From Escherichia coli (GTDB lineage: Bacteria; Pseudomonadota; Gammaproteobacteria; Enterobacterales; Enterobacteriaceae): 64,000 nt of DNA. The position numbers and the translations under genes were made by a program. Numbering within the stretch: position 1 is the first letter of the stretch; each line of letters starts with the position of its first letter. Where the stretch lies: assembly GCF_024298765.1 (NCBI RefSeq), contig NZ_CP101210.1; one strand, given 5' to 3'. The notes beneath the pieces are model-generated. The model had not been told where the DNA came from. It saw nothing but the letters and a program-made list of their open reading frames with translations, and did no database searches. Shown in pieces: positions 50,935 through 63,379 of this stretch.

Positions 50935-51521
50935 ACGAAGCCATTAGCCCAGGTGCGCTTAGCACCTTGTTCACCGATGCCCGCACTCACAACGGCTGGC
51001 GGGAGACACCCGTCAGCGATGAGACGTTACGGGAGATTTATGCCCTGATGAAATGGGGGCCGACATCAGCTAACTGTTCTCCGGCACGGATCGTGTTTAT
51101 CCGCACTGCAGAAGGAAAAGAACGTCTGCGCCCGGCGCTTTCCAGCGGCAATCTGCAAAAAACCCTGACCGCGCCCGTCACCGCTATCGTCGCCTGGGAC
51201 AGTGAATTTTATGAACGGTTACCACTACTGTTTCCCCACGGTGATGCCCGCAGTTGGTTTACCTCCAGCCCACAACTTGCCGAAGAAACAGCGTTTCGCA
51301 ACAGTTCCATGCAGGCGGCTTATCTGATCGTCGCCTGCCGCTCGCTGGGGCTGGATACCGGCCCGATGTCGGGCTTTGACCGTCAACACGTGGACGACGC
51401 CTTTTTTACGGGCAGCACGCTGAAGAGCAATCTGCTGATTAATATTGGCTATGGCGATAGCAGCAAGCTTTATGCGCGCCTGCCACGTCTGTCCTTTGAG
51501 GAAACCTGCGGGCTGATGTAA
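50931..51521 (+). CDS. rutE: RutE (nitroreductase-like)
   Basis: 196 aa [51 protein letters not shown].... Confidence 0.92.
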   Translation: MNEAISPGALSTLFTDARTHNGWRETPVSDETLREIYALMKWGPTSANCSPARIVFIRTAEGKERLRPALSSGNLQKTLTAPVTAIVAWDSEFYERLPLLFPHGDARSWFTSSPQLAEETAFRNSSMQAAYLIVACRSLGLDTGPMSGFDRQHVDDAFFTGSTLKSNLLINIGYGDSSKLYARLPRLSFEETCGLM

Positions 51522-51531
51522 GGAGCAAACT

Positions 51532-52026
51532 ATGAACATTGTCGATCAACAAACTTTTCGCGATGCGATGTCCTGCATGGGCGCGGCGGTCAATATCATC
51601 ACCACGGACGGTCCAGCCGGGCGCGCCGGGTTCACCGCCAGCGCCGTCTGCAGCGTGACCGATACGCCGCCCACATTACTGGTGTGCCTGAATCGTGGGG
51701 CGTCCGTCTGGCCGGTATTCAATGAAAATCGAACGCTGTGTGTAAATACACTTAGCGCCGGACAGGAGCCGCTTTCAAACCTTTTTGGCGGCAAAACGCC
51801 CATGGAACACCGCTTTGCCGCCGCCCGCTGGCAGACTGGTGTGACCGGATGCCTGCAACTGGAAGAAGCACTGGTTTCGTTTGACTGCCGTATCAGCCAG
51901 GTGGTGAGCGTCGGCACCCACGACATTCTGTTTTGCGCCATCGAAGCGATTCATCGTCACGCCACCCCCTACGGGCTGGTGTGGTTTGATCGCAGTTATC
52001 ACGCGCTGATGCGCCCTGCTTGTTAA
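51532..52026 (+). CDS. rutF: Flavin reductase RutF
   Basis: 164 aa [56 protein letters not shown].... Confidence 0.92.
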   Translation: MNIVDQQTFRDAMSCMGAAVNIITTDGPAGRAGFTASAVCSVTDTPPTLLVCLNRGASVWPVFNENRTLCVNTLSAGQEPLSNLFGGKTPMEHRFAAARWQTGVTGCLQLEEALVSFDCRISQVVSVGTHDILFCAIEAIHRHATPYGLVWFDRSYHALMRPAC

Positions 52027-52046
52027 CCTCCTTAAGGAGACAGCTG

Positions 52047-53375
52047 ATGGCAATGTTCGGTTTTCCTCACTGGCAGTTAAAATCGACCTCTACAGAGAGC
52101 GGCGTGGTCGCGCCGGATGAACGATTGCCGTTTGCTCAGACGGCAGTAATGGGCGTTCAACACGCGGTGGCGATGTTTGGCGCGACGGTGTTAATGCCGA
52201 TTCTGATGGGGCTGGATCCCAATCTTTCCATTTTTATGTCGGGGATCGGCACGTTACTGTTTTTCTTTATTACCGGCGGGCGCGTGCCCAGTTATCTCGG
52301 TTCCAGCGCGGCTTTTGTCGGCGTGGTGATTGCCGCAACGGGCTTTAATGGTCAGGGAATTAATCCGAATATCAGCATCGCGCTGGGCGGGATTATCGCC
52401 TGTGGGCTGGTTTATACCGTCATTGGCCTGGTGGTGATGAAAATCGGTACGCGCTGGATTGAACGACTAATGCCGCCGGTTGTGACGGGTGCGGTAGTGA
52501 TGGCGATTGGCCTGAACTTAGCGCCTATCGCAGTGAAAAATGTATCGGCTTCGGCCTTTGATAGCTGGATGGCGGTAATGACGGTGCTGTGTATTGGGCT
52601 GGTGGCCGTATTTACCCGTGGCATGATCCAGCGATTATTGATTCTCGTAGGATTAATTGTCGCCTGTCTGCTGTATGGCGTGATGACCAACGTTTTAGGG
52701 CTGGGAAAAGCCGTCGATTTTACTCTCGTCAGCCATGCTGCCTGGTTCGGTCTGCCACATTTTTCCACTCCTGCTTTTAATGGTCAGGCAATGATGCTGA
52801 TTGCGCCCGTGGCGGTGATTCTGGTGGCGGAAAACTTAGGTCATCTCAAGGCGGTCGCCGGGATGACCGGACGCAATATGGACCCGTATATGGGGCGGGC
52901 ATTCGTCGGTGATGGTCTGGCGACGATGCTTTCTGGCTCTGTCGGCGGTAGCGGCGTAACCACCTACGCCGAGAATATCGGTGTGATGGCCGTGACAAAA
53001 GTCTACTCGACGCTGGTGTTTGTTGCCGCTGCCGTCATCGCCATGCTGTTGGGCTTTTCGCCGAAATTTGGCGCGCTGATTCATACCATTCCAGCACCGG
53101 TGATTGGTGGTGCATCAATTGTTGTGTTCGGGCTGATTGCCGTCGCAGGCGCAAGGATCTGGGTACAAAACCGTGTCGATTTAAGCCAGAACGGTAATTT
53201 GATTATGGTCGCAGTAACCTTAGTGCTGGGCGCGGGTGATTTTGCTCTCACGCTGGGCGGTTTTACGTTGGGAGGGATCGGTACAGCCACCTTTGGCGCG
53301 ATTTTACTCAATACGTTGTTAAGCAGAAGGTTGGTTGACGTTCCACCGCCAGAAGTTGTTCATCAGGAGCCATAA
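52047..53375 (+). CDS. rutG: Pyrimidine permease RutG (NCS2 family)
   Basis: Internal ATG of ORF 52020..53375 gives MAMFGFPHWQLKSTSTESGVVAPDERLPFAQTAVMGVQHAVAMFGATVLMP...; 442 aa. Confidence 0.92.
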   Translation: MAMFGFPHWQLKSTSTESGVVAPDERLPFAQTAVMGVQHAVAMFGATVLMPILMGLDPNLSIFMSGIGTLLFFFITGGRVPSYLGSSAAFVGVVIAATGFNGQGINPNISIALGGIIACGLVYTVIGLVVMKIGTRWIERLMPPVVTGAVVMAIGLNLAPIAVKNVSASAFDSWMAVMTVLCIGLVAVFTRGMIQRLLILVGLIVACLLYGVMTNVLGLGKAVDFTLVSHAAWFGLPHFSTPAFNGQAMMLIAPVAVILVAENLGHLKAVAGMTGRNMDPYMGRAFVGDGLATMLSGSVGGSGVTTYAENIGVMAVTKVYSTLVFVAAAVIAMLLGFSPKFGALIHTIPAPVIGGASIVVFGLIAVAGARIWVQNRVDLSQNGNLIMVAVTLVLGAGDFALTLGGFTLGGIGTATFGAILLNTLLSRRLVDVPPPEVVHQEP

Positions 53376-53457
53376 ATAGAAAACCGCCGGGGTAACCGGC
53401 GGTGATGACTTTTTGACGAGCTTCAGACAAAAATACATTCGTCATTGATTAGCCCGG

Positions 53458-53631
53458 CTAGTTGTCGCTTTTGCCGTGACTGCTCTTGCCACCTTTTTTA
53501 CCTGCTTCAGATGCGCGCTGCGGGTCATTTTTGAAATTACCCCCGCTGTGCTGTCCACCTTTTTTACCTGCTTCTGATGCTCTTTCGCGGTCTTCTGCAA
53601 AATTGCCGGAACCGCCTCGATGGTTTGCCAT
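53458..53631 (-). CDS. ymdF: Stress-induced KGG-repeat protein YmdF
   Basis: ORF 53458..53661 (-); start MANHRGGSGNFAEDRERASEAGKKGGQHSGGNFKNDPQRASEAGKKGGKSSHGKSDN with two EAGKKGG repeats; 57 aa. Confidence 0.85.
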   Translation of the reverse strand: MANHRGGSGNFAEDRERASEAGKKGGQHSGGNFKNDPQRASEAGKKGGKSSHGKSDN

Positions 53632-53985
53632 TACTGACCTCCGTCTGGGTATAGACATCATATTGCATAGAATTAACGCGGCGTATGGCGGCTGCCATAT
53701 TTTCGCTACGTGGGACTAAGCTTAGTGAACTGACGCGGGCAGACCCGCGTTTGGTAATATCCTGCAACAGCTTCTTAGCGAGAATAGATATCATCTCCAA
53801 TAATTATCCATAAGCCGCTCTTATGATTAAAAAAACGCGATGAGATAAAAATGTGTCATTTTGCGACAAAATTACGTGCTTGTGAAAGTTGTTATAAATC
53901 AAATAAGTGGTTGTGAAATTTGCACTCTGAAAAGGACGTCTTATCTTTAAATAAGTGGTAGCGAATCGCTACGGAATAGAGATAA

Positions 53986-54600
<615 letters not shown>

Positions 54601-54620
54601 TCTTCAACAGGAGGATACGC

Positions 54621-54848
54621 ATGCCAACTCAAGAAGCGAAAGCTCATCACGTCGGTGAATGGGCATCTCTGCGCAATACGTCGCCGGAAATAGCCGAGGC
54701 CATTTTCGAAGTCGCCGGGTACGACGAAAAAATGGCGGAAAAGATTTGGGAAGAAGGTAGCGATGAAGTGTTAGTCAAAGCCTTTGCTAAGACCGATAAA
54801 GATTCGCTTTTTTGGGGCGAACAGACCATCGAACGTAAAAACGTTTAA
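54621..54848 (+). CDS. yccJ: YccJ
   Basis: 75 aa [43 protein letters not shown]..., directly downstream of wrbA. Confidence 0.9.
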
Positions 54849-54885
54849 CCAGCGACTCCCCCGCTTCACGCGGGGGAGTTTTCTG

Positions 54886-56127
54886 TTATTTCACCGCTTC
54901 ATTCAATACGCGATCAAACTTATCCATTGGGCAAAAACCGTTGGCATCTATCGGGCAACCGCTTAATTCCAGCGTCACGCGCTGCGCAGGTGCCTGCAGG
55001 GTTAACGCATCGGCATTACGTAACTGTTCCGCACTCTGGTACACATATTCAATTTTCATCAAATCGCGATTGGCTTTGCTGTCATGCCAACGCTGGAAAA
55101 CGATTTTGCCGCCAATCGGCGTGCGTTCGTTCTGGTCATGCAACTGATACGGTTTGAAATCCAGCGCCGTTAACAGAGAGGCAATGTTGGAGTCGTGCCC
55201 AACTAATACCGTGATTTTCGGTGCACTGGTGCGATCGGTGACCAGGGCTTTGTCGATATAACTGACCAGCGGTTTCGCAACATTGCGCGCCACTTCCGGT
55301 GAGGTAAACAGGCTGTCCTGGTAACCGTTTTTCAGCTTCGACAACACCTTCCACTGCTGGTCAGATTTGATTTCTCCCCAGGCCACCTGATCCATCGGAA
55401 AACCTTCGTAGTATTGCAAAGTAAACGCATCTACCAGCGAGTTGCCGACTTTCAGCGGCCCGGAAACGCCCGGTTCTTGTTGATACTTCGCGCTAAAGGT
55501 ATTTTTGCCATCTACAAGCGAACATTGTTGCTTCTCTTTACACGCAGGAGAATCTTTATAGTTAACGATTTGTTCCAGTAGCTTGTAGCTGTCGGTAAGC
55601 TGGAGTTTGCTGAGCTCTTTCTCCATTGCCGCCACCGCCTGTTCACTGAATGCGGCGGAATCATCGGTGATCACTGGGTTAAAGGTGGGGTCCATAGTGC
55701 CCATTTTTTCCTGGTGATGAACAGGAATATCACACCCAGGGAATGCGCCAGTAATAAAGAACTGCGCGGTCGCGACGGTGCGTTGCAGACTATTGGCATA
55801 GGCATAAACGGTGTCCGGTGGCGGGCATTCCCCTGATTTCACCATCCCCTGTTCTGCCAGCCATTCACGCATATAATGGCCCATATACACTTCGAGCACG
55901 CCCCCTTTAGTGGTGAGCTGCCCACCGGGGACGTCCCATTCAGGCCATTTATTCGGCGTCGACTGCTCCAGCACACTGCCATTGTTCGCCAGCGGCGCAC
56001 GTAAGTTATGACGGCTCATCATAAGGACTTGCTGTAGCTGATAGCCTTCCGGTACGGTTTGTGCCTGAGCATTTGAAGCGAGTAAAACTATCCCTGCCAC
56101 AGTTGCGGCGATTAGCGTTTTGTTCAT
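54886..56127 (-). CDS. agp: Periplasmic glucose-1-phosphatase (histidine acid phosphatase)
   Basis: 413 aa [46 protein letters not shown]... with RHNLRAP active-site motif. Confidence 0.95.
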   Translation of the reverse strand: MNKTLIAATVAGIVLLASNAQAQTVPEGYQLQQVLMMSRHNLRAPLANNGSVLEQSTPNKWPEWDVPGGQLTTKGGVLEVYMGHYMREWLAEQGMVKSGECPPPDTVYAYANSLQRTVATAQFFITGAFPGCDIPVHHQEKMGTMDPTFNPVITDDSAAFSEQAVAAMEKELSKLQLTDSYKLLEQIVNYKDSPACKEKQQCSLVDGKNTFSAKYQQEPGVSGPLKVGNSLVDAFTLQYYEGFPMDQVAWGEIKSDQQWKVLSKLKNGYQDSLFTSPEVARNVAKPLVSYIDKALVTDRTSAPKITVLVGHDSNIASLLTALDFKPYQLHDQNERTPIGGKIVFQRWHDSKANRDLMKIEYVYQSAEQLRNADALTLQAPAQRVTLELSGCPIDANGFCPMDKFDRVLNEAVK

Positions 56128-56661
56128 TCCTCATACCTCTTTTGTTATCAATAATTAAAGAGTGTGACAGAAATATGTCATTTTTCCGGGAACAGGTTCG
56201 CAAAATGGCTCGTTGAACGCCTGTTTTTCTATATTCCCCTTTAAAAACAGGCAAGTTTTGACGCAAACTATGCCTGATTAGCCCCGGCCTCGTTTACGCC
56301 GCTAATGATTACATCAGTAGCTATAAAGAAAATCAGCGGCGTTACCATTACCAATAAAAAAAGAATGTGAGACTAATAGAAATGGTTTTTAGCACATGTC
56401 TTTATCATTAAATTGCATAACGATTTAAATAGTCGAGTTGTGCATTCCTTTCCTTATTGTTTAACTTGTAAGCATGAGCCATAAGTTCAGGAGGGAGGTA
56501 AATAAAATATGTTCCTCCCACCTTGAGGCGACCTCCTCTCCGCGATGATTTCAATAACATATTCTGTGTTGGCATATGAAATTTTGAGGATTACCCTACA
56601 CTTATAGGAGTTACCTTACAGGGGTTCCTTCAATTTGAGTTGATTTACGCGAGATAACGCT

Positions 56662-57582
56662 ATGGAATTAAAGGATTATTACGCCATCATGGGCGTGAAA
56701 CCGACGGACGATCTCAAGACAATCAAGACCGCCTATCGTCGACTGGCCCGCAAATACCATCCTGATGTCAGCAAAGAACCGGATGCCGAAGCCCGCTTCA
56801 AAGAGGTCGCTGAAGCCTGGGAAGTGTTAAGTGATGAACAACGTCGCGCTGAGTATGATCAGATGTGGCAACATCGCAACGATCCGCAATTTAGCCGTCA
56901 GTTCCAGCATGGCGACGGTCAGAGTTTTAACGCCGAAGATTTTGACGATATCTTCTCGTCAATTTTCGGTCAGCATGCCCGCCAGAGCCGTCAACGCCCC
57001 GCCACACGCGGCCACGATATTGAAATCGAAGTGGCGGTTTTCCTCGAAGAAACGCTTACTGAGCATAAGCGTACCATCAGCTATAACCTGCCGGTTTATA
57101 ACGCCTTTGGCATGATCGAACAGGAAATCCCGAAAACGCTGAATGTGAAGATCCCGGCGGGCGTCGGCAATGGTCAACGCATCCGCCTGAAAGGCCAGGG
57201 GACGCCGGGCGAAAACGGCGGTCCAAATGGCGACCTGTGGCTGGTGATTCACATTGCGCCACATCCGCTGTTTGATATTGTCGGCCAGGATCTGGAAATA
57301 GTGGTGCCGGTTAGCCCGTGGGAAGCGGCGCTGGGTACTAAAGTCACCGTTCCAACACTGAAAGAAAGCATTTTGCTGACTATCCCGCCTGGCAGCCAGG
57401 CCGGGCAACGATTGCGCGTTAAAGGCAAAGGTCTGGTGAGCAAAAAACAGACCGGCGATCTGTATGCGGTACTGAAAATCGTGATGCCGCCGAAACCGGA
57501 TGAAAACACTGCCGCGCTGTGGCAGCAACTGGCAGACGCCCAGTCGTCTTTTGATCCACGTAAAGATTGGGGGAAAGCATAA
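56662..57582 (+). CDS. cbpA: Curved DNA-binding protein CbpA (DnaJ homolog)
   Basis: 306 aa [39 protein letters not shown]..., a J-domain with HPD. Confidence 0.95.
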   Translation: MELKDYYAIMGVKPTDDLKTIKTAYRRLARKYHPDVSKEPDAEARFKEVAEAWEVLSDEQRRAEYDQMWQHRNDPQFSRQFQHGDGQSFNAEDFDDIFSSIFGQHARQSRQRPATRGHDIEIEVAVFLEETLTEHKRTISYNLPVYNAFGMIEQEIPKTLNVKIPAGVGNGQRIRLKGQGTPGENGGPNGDLWLVIHIAPHPLFDIVGQDLEIVVPVSPWEAALGTKVTVPTLKESILLTIPPGSQAGQRLRVKGKGLVSKKQTGDLYAVLKIVMPPKPDENTAALWQQLADAQSSFDPRKDWGKA

Positions 57583-57887
57583 TGGCTAATGTTACGGTGA
57601 CTTTTACTATTACCGAATTTTGCCTGCATACCGGCATCTCTGAAGAGGAGTTGAATGAAATTGTCGGTTTGGGGGTGGTTGAACCGAGTGAGATCCAGGA
57701 GACAACCTGGGTATTTGACGACCATGCCGCCATTGTGGTGCAACGCGCGGTACGCCTGCGTCATGAACTGGCTCTGGACTGGCCGGGGATCGCGGTGGCG
57801 CTGACGTTAATGGATGATATTGCGCACCTGAAGCAGGAAAACCGCCTGCTGCGCCAGCGGCTTTCCCGGTTTGTGGCTCACCCGTGA
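57582..57887 (+). CDS. cbpM: Chaperone modulator CbpM
   Basis: ORF 57567..57887; ATG at 57582 gives [35 protein letters not shown]...; overlaps the cbpA stop by 1 nt; 101 aa. Confidence 0.9.
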   Translation: MANVTVTFTITEFCLHTGISEEELNEIVGLGVVEPSEIQETTWVFDDHAAIVVQRAVRLRHELALDWPGIAVALTLMDDIAHLKQENRLLRQRLSRFVAHP

Positions 57888-57894
57888 GTTTGTT

Positions 57895-58240
57895 GCCTGA
57901 TGCGACGCTTAACGCGTCTTATCAGGCCCACAAAAAGCACTGTTCCCGTAGGCCGGATAAGGCGTTCATGCCGCATCCGGCAACTGCGCCATAATGCCTG
58001 ATGCGACGCTTAACGCATCTTATCAGGCCCACAAAAAGCACTGTTCCCGTAGGCCGGATAAGGCGTTCTCGCCGCATCCGGCAACTGCGCCATAATGCCT
58101 GATGCGACGCTTAACGCATCTTATCAGGCCCACAAAAAGCACTGTTCCCGTAGGCCGGATAAGGCGTTCTCGCCGCATCCGGCAACTGCGCACTAATGCC
58201 TGATGCGACGCCTGCCGCGTCTTATCAGGCCTACAAACGG
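57895..58240. repeat. Tandem BIME/REP cluster (about 3.4 units of ~100 bp)
   Basis: tgcctgatgcgacgcttaacgc(g/a)tcttatcaggcccacaaaaagcactgttcccgtaggccggataaggcgtt...gccgcatccggcaactgcgccataa repeated head to tail from 57895, 57995, 58096 and 58197. Confidence 0.85.
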
Positions 58241-58242
58241 CA

Positions 58243-58842
58243 TTATCTTTTTTGGTAGTCACACTCCACTAACACCAGCAATAACTGGCTTAGTGCCGCG
58301 TAAAAACCAAAGCTGTCATACTGTCGACAACGCGCAGCAAACTCTGGTAACCATTCCCGCAGAGCCGTCAGTGTTTTTTGCCGCAAACCGTCGATTCTTC
58401 GCGCAGGAACGGTCCCCTCTCCCAGCGAAAAATGCAGATGACTCAACAAATCGAGATAGATCGCCAGATGATCTGCCGGTTCGTTGAAATTGCCGCTGGT
58501 TTCCATCCCCGCCTCAACTAACAAGCGTTTAATCTCTTGCTCGTCCTGTTTGTAGGCCGATGCATACGGCAGCGCCGCTTGTTTGTCGGTCATCAGAAAC
58601 AGGCCGCAAAAGTCAGCGGCCAGTTCCAGACGGGCATCGTCACGTACTGTCAGAGTGGCAATACTGTTTTCCAGCCCATTCACCGCCGCAGTGAGCGGAG
58701 GTTCGCTTTTCAGCAACGAAAACCATTCAGCCATCTGCGCACTGGCGATTTGCGTCAGTTGTTCATCGTCCAGTTCACGGGAGAACAACTGCGCCAGCCA
58801 GGCGTAAACACAGGCAATCTGTTGTGCTGTCAGCGTGGTCAT
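58243..58842 (-). CDS. torD: TMAO reductase chaperone TorD
   Basis: ORF 58243..58875 (-); start [29 protein letters not shown]...; 199 aa; start overlaps the torA stop. Confidence 0.92.
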   Translation of the reverse strand: MTTLTAQQIACVYAWLAQLFSRELDDEQLTQIASAQMAEWFSLLKSEPPLTAAVNGLENSIATLTVRDDARLELAADFCGLFLMTDKQAALPYASAYKQDEQEIKRLLVEAGMETSGNFNEPADHLAIYLDLLSHLHFSLGEGTVPARRIDGLRQKTLTALREWLPEFAARCRQYDSFGFYAALSQLLLVLVECDYQKR

Positions 58843-61385
58843 GATTTCACCTGCGACGTGGGAACATATTCGCACTGCGCCACCATCTCAACAGGGCCGT
58901 TAAACGCCGTCACCTGCTCCACTGTTCCGTTGTACTTCTCAATTTCCACCAGCGTGGTATGCGCACTGGTCGCCTGCGCCAACTGCGAAGTACCGATGTC
59001 GATGGTCAACACGTTGGGGTTACCGTATTTGCACAGCGCACCAGGCTCGCCGCCTTTATCTGGATCGTACCATGCCCCTTCATGAATTCGCGCCACGCCG
59101 GGTGCATAGCGGTCAGAAACCACTGCCCCTGCCAACACCTGACCGCGAGCGTTAAACACGCGTACCACATCACCGTTACGAATACCGCGCGCGCTGGCAT
59201 CCTGCGGGTTAATGAACACTGGCTCTTTGCCCGCTACCGTATATTGCTGACGCAGCGTTTCCGACTCACATAACTGCGAGTGAAGTCGGAAATCCGGATG
59301 CACAGATTGCAGATGCAACGGATACTTCTGCGAGCCGGGCCCACCGTGGGAGCGTTCGATTTTCTCAAACCACATCGGATGCCCCTGACAATCGTCGTAG
59401 TTCATATCAGCGATGGTTTTCGAGTAGATCTCAATCAGGCCACTCGGCGTGCCCAGCGGTTCGAGATCCGGATCTTCGCGGAATGCCTGGTGGCGAACAA
59501 ACATCTGCGGATGGTCAAACTCGACGTACTCTTTATTATTCCAGAAGTCATCAAACGCTGGCAGATGAACGCCGCGTCCTTTGCCCTGTTGTACACCTTC
59601 CTGCCAGATGCGTTTCAGCCAGCCCATTTCGTCCAGCCCTTCGGTAAAGGCTTCTTCGCGATTAAAGCGACGGCACAGCTCGCGGAAAATATCGAAGTCG
59701 TTGCGCGCCTCGAACTGCGGCGGCACGACCTGTTTCATGGCGATAATGCCACGATTGGAGTGGTTGCCGTACTGGTCGAGATCGTTACGCTCAAACTGCG
59801 TGGTCGCAGGCAGCACGATATCGGCAAAGCGGCAGGTTGAGGTCCACTGGTTATCTATGGCGATAACCGTTTCCAGCTTGCGCCAGCCTTCAATAATGCG
59901 GTTGATCTGCTGATGGCGATGGAACGGGTTAGTTCCGGCAAAAATACACATTTTCAGCGGCGGTAGTTTTACCGATTTACCGTTCCAGTTGATCACTTTC
60001 CCCGGTTCGAGGATCGCATCGATAAAACGGGCAATCGGAATGGTGCTGCTGTAGCCTTTGTAGTCGCTGTTGTCGTGAACAGGCGGAATCGACGTAGAGC
60101 CGGAGAAACCACTCAGAATAACGCCTTTACGCCCCGGCGTGCCTGCGCCGTTATAGTGCCAGCCAAAACCAAAACCTCCACCTGGCAGGCCAATTTGCCC
60201 CAACATCGCCGCCAGAACGACAATCATCCACGCCCACTGTTCACCGTGCTGCATACGCTGCACGCACCAGCCAGCAATAATCTGCGTTCTGTTCGCCGCC
60301 ATCTGCCGCGCCAGCCCACGAATGGTTTCGGCATTAATACCTGTCAGTTTTTCAGCCCATGCGGCATCTTTCGGCTGACCGTCTTTCTCACCCAGCAGAT
60401 ACGGCAGGAACTGCTCAAAACCTACACAGTAGTTAGCGAGGAAGTTTTTGTCGTACAGGTTTTCACTGTACAGCGTATGCGCCAGAGCCAGTTGCAGCGG
60501 CACGTCAGTTTGCGGGTTAACCGCAATGTGCTTCACATGCTCGCGCCCCAGATACTCATGGGTGGATGTGACAACCGGATCGATGCTGATGACCTCAATT
60601 TCACCGGCGGCGACTTTCGCTTTTAGCTGCTCGTAATATTCATAAACATCGTGATCCGGGCACCACCAGTTCGCTTGCTGGTTTTTCAGCAAATCGGAGC
60701 CCCACAGCACAATGGTTTTGCTGTTCTGCAATACCAGCGGCCAGGAGGTTTGCTGTTCATACACTTCCATCGAACCGACTACGCGCGGCAGGATCACCTG
60801 CGCAGCCCCGGTAGAGTAATCTCCGCCTGTACCCACGCTATTACCATGCAAGGCAATCGCTTTCGCCAGCATCCCCGAAGCGTTATGGAACATCCCCGTC
60901 GATTGCCAACCACTGGCGGTCAGCAAGGCACTCGGCCCGTGAATTTTCTGTACGCGTTCCAGTTCTTCATAGAACATGTCGAGGGCTTCATCCCAGCTCA
61001 CGCGCACAAAACGGTTATCACCGCGCTGGGAGGTGTCTCTCAGATGGCGCTTACGCAGCCAGTCCACGCGTACCATCGGGTAACGAATACGCGCCGCGTT
61101 GTGTACATGATCCGGCAATCCGGCGATCATTTTCGACGGATATTTATCCAGTTCGAACGGTTTTGCTGCCACAAAGCGACCCTCCTTCACCGTCGCGCGG
61201 ATAGCCCCCCAGTGCGACCCGGTAAGAATGCCCTCTTTCGAGATGACAGCCTCAGTCGCCGCTTGCGCCGCAGTCGCACGGCGCGGCGTTAACAATGACG
61301 GCCCCAGCATCCCGGCGACGGTTAAGCCGCCGAGTTGTGCCAGAAAACGCCGACGTGATGCCTGAAAGAGATCGTTATTGTTCAT
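58839..61385 (-). CDS. torA: Trimethylamine-N-oxide reductase TorA (molybdoenzyme, Tat signal)
   Basis: 848 aa [39 protein letters not shown]... with twin-arginine signal. Confidence 0.96.
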   Translation of the reverse strand: MNNNDLFQASRRRFLAQLGGLTVAGMLGPSLLTPRRATAAQAATEAVISKEGILTGSHWGAIRATVKEGRFVAAKPFELDKYPSKMIAGLPDHVHNAARIRYPMVRVDWLRKRHLRDTSQRGDNRFVRVSWDEALDMFYEELERVQKIHGPSALLTASGWQSTGMFHNASGMLAKAIALHGNSVGTGGDYSTGAAQVILPRVVGSMEVYEQQTSWPLVLQNSKTIVLWGSDLLKNQQANWWCPDHDVYEYYEQLKAKVAAGEIEVISIDPVVTSTHEYLGREHVKHIAVNPQTDVPLQLALAHTLYSENLYDKNFLANYCVGFEQFLPYLLGEKDGQPKDAAWAEKLTGINAETIRGLARQMAANRTQIIAGWCVQRMQHGEQWAWMIVVLAAMLGQIGLPGGGFGFGWHYNGAGTPGRKGVILSGFSGSTSIPPVHDNSDYKGYSSTIPIARFIDAILEPGKVINWNGKSVKLPPLKMCIFAGTNPFHRHQQINRIIEGWRKLETVIAIDNQWTSTCRFADIVLPATTQFERNDLDQYGNHSNRGIIAMKQVVPPQFEARNDFDIFRELCRRFNREEAFTEGLDEMGWLKRIWQEGVQQGKGRGVHLPAFDDFWNNKEYVEFDHPQMFVRHQAFREDPDLEPLGTPSGLIEIYSKTIADMNYDDCQGHPMWFEKIERSHGGPGSQKYPLHLQSVHPDFRLHSQLCESETLRQQYTVAGKEPVFINPQDASARGIRNGDVVRVFNARGQVLAGAVVSDRYAPGVARIHEGAWYDPDKGGEPGALCKYGNPNVLTIDIGTSQLAQATSAHTTLVEIEKYNGTVEQVTAFNGPVEMVAQCEYVPTSQVKS

Positions 61386-62557
61386 TATTTTTCTTCCTTC
61401 TTATCGCCGTGAGCTTTACCTGCGGTGTCAGACGCATTCATTTGCAGATATTTCAACAAGGTGCGTTCTTCACGTTTATCGAGGCTGGTAAAGCCAATCA
61501 TGCCGTTGAGCGTGCCGATCCAACCGTTAGCGTCAAAGTGGGATATTTCCGGTGCGCCGTGGCACTGGTTACAGGTGCCGTTGTACAGCGAATCCGCATA
61601 AGCCCAGATCGGTTTGATATCGTTCACCATGTCGCCTTTCTTCATCCACGCAGTAGCCTGCAACTTGCTCCACTCGGTATTGGTGTCGGCAACGGTGGTT
61701 TTCTCCAGCGTTTTCACCTGCTGCTGCACATCACCACGAATCGAGGCAACAAAGATGCGTTTACCTGGGAATTGGGTGAGTACACGCTGACGTCCTGCAC
61801 TTTCCGTCCAACCAGTGATTTCAATTTGCAGCCAGTCGCCGTCACGTTTAAGGACTTTCACTTCCGAAGCAGGCAGCAGAGAACCAGACGCTTCTTTATC
61901 GCCTTTCGCCGCATAAATCGGCTTAATATCAATGGAGTACAGCGTGTCACCACTATCATTAGCACTGGCGCGCAGCTCATCGAACTGCTTACGGAAGCCA
62001 CTACTCATATCCGGTAACTGGTGGGCAATACCTTTATGACAGTCGATGCAGGATTGATTATCTTTCGCTGCCACCTTCATCTGACGCGCCGCTTCAGGAT
62101 GCTGCTTGGCATGATCCATCGCATCGTAGTTATGGCAGGAGCGACAGGTTGCCGAGTTGTTTTCTTTCATTCGCGCCCATTCACGCTCGGCAAGTTCCGC
62201 GCGTTTGGCTTCGAATTTTTCAGGTGTATCAATGGAGTGGGCAATAAAGGTCTGGTAAATGTCGTTGCTCGCTTCCAGTTTGCGCTTCACCATGCCTGGA
62301 ATATCCGGCGGGATATGACAGTCATGGCATTCAGCTCGCACGCCGGAGGCGTTCTGGAAGTGCACCGACTGTTTATATTCTTCATACACCGGTTGCATAC
62401 TGTGGCAACTGACACAAAATTCGGTTGTGCTGGTGACTTTGATCCCAACGTGTGGCAATACAATCAGCGCAATGCCAATCACAATCCCAATAGCGACCAG
62501 CGCCAGTACCGACCAACGAGCACTGGGTCGGCGTAGCGCGTTCCAGAGTTTCCGCAT
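61385..62557 (-). CDS. torC: Pentahaem c-type cytochrome TorC
   Basis: 390 aa with several CxxCH motifs (CVSCH, CHDCH, CRSCH, CIDCH, CNQCH). Confidence 0.96.
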   Translation of the reverse strand: MRKLWNALRRPSARWSVLALVAIGIVIGIALIVLPHVGIKVTSTTEFCVSCHSMQPVYEEYKQSVHFQNASGVRAECHDCHIPPDIPGMVKRKLEASNDIYQTFIAHSIDTPEKFEAKRAELAEREWARMKENNSATCRSCHNYDAMDHAKQHPEAARQMKVAAKDNQSCIDCHKGIAHQLPDMSSGFRKQFDELRASANDSGDTLYSIDIKPIYAAKGDKEASGSLLPASEVKVLKRDGDWLQIEITGWTESAGRQRVLTQFPGKRIFVASIRGDVQQQVKTLEKTTVADTNTEWSKLQATAWMKKGDMVNDIKPIWAYADSLYNGTCNQCHGAPEISHFDANGWIGTLNGMIGFTSLDKREERTLLKYLQMNASDTAGKAHGDKKEEK

Positions 62558-62605
62558 AATAGCCCCTGTAAAATTATGGTTTAGTGAAGCGATCTTAATG
62601 AGTAA

Positions 62606-62668
62606 ATATGAACAGCGGCACTGGTCAGGATGAACGGCTTACGGCAGAATATGAACAGATATGAACAG
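62606..62668 (-). promoter_or_regulatory. TorR-binding tor boxes in the torC promoter
   Basis: Direct repeats of ATGAACAG (= CTGTTCAT on the torC strand) at 62608, 62651 and 62661, plus a degenerate copy at about 62629, between torC and torR. Confidence 0.75.
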
Positions 62669-62686
62669 AATGAGTAAAACCCTCTG

Positions 62687-63379
62687 ATGCCACATCACAT
62701 TGTTATTGTTGAAGATGAGCCGGTTACCCAGGCGCGATTACAATCCTACTTCACTCAGGAGGGGTATACCGTTTCCGTTACGGCGAGCGGTGCCGGGCTG
62801 CGGGAAATTATGCAGAATCAGCCGGTGGATTTAATTCTGCTGGATATTAATTTGCCCGATGAAAATGGCCTGATGTTAACCCGCGCCCTGCGAGAACGCT
62901 CAACGGTGGGGATTATTCTGGTTACGGGACGCAGCGATCGGATTGACCGTATTGTTGGGCTGGAAATGGGCGCAGACGATTACGTCACCAAACCGCTGGA
63001 ACTGCGCGAACTGGTAGTACGGGTGAAAAATCTGCTCTGGCGAATCGACCTCGCGCGACAAGCTCAACCGCACACACAGGACAACTGCTATCGCTTTGCC
63101 GGTTATTGCCTGAATGTGTCGCGCCATACGCTGGAGCGGGATGGCGAGCCGATTAAACTGACCCGCGCAGAGTATGAAATGTTGGTGGCATTTGTGACGA
63201 ATCCGGGCGAAATTCTTAGCCGTGAACGTCTGCTGCGTATGCTCTCTGCGCGTCGGGTGGAAAACCCTGACTTGCGCACCGTCGATGTGTTAATTCGTCG
63301 TTTACGCCATAAACTCAGCGCGGATTTACTGGTGACGCAACATGGCGAAGGTTATTTCTTAGCCGCTGATGTGTGCTGA
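62687..63379 (+). CDS. torR: Response regulator TorR (OmpR family)
   Basis: 230 aa MPHHIVIVEDEPVTQARLQSYFTQEGYTVSVTASGAGLREIMQNQPVDLILLDINLPDENG.... Confidence 0.95.
   Translation: MPHHIVIVEDEPVTQARLQSYFTQEGYTVSVTASGAGLREIMQNQPVDLILLDINLPDENGLMLTRALRERSTVGIILVTGRSDRIDRIVGLEMGADDYVTKPLELRELVVRVKNLLWRIDLARQAQPHTQDNCYRFAGYCLNVSRHTLERDGEPIKLTRAEYEMLVAFVTNPGEILSRERLLRMLSARRVENPDLRTVDVLIRRLRHKLSADLLVTQHGEGYFLAADVC

Noticed and set aside
57895-58240. Possible CRISPR array
   Set aside because: Repeat units are ~100 bp and directly contiguous, with no unique spacers, and match REP/BIME palindromes; no cas genes anywhere in the window.
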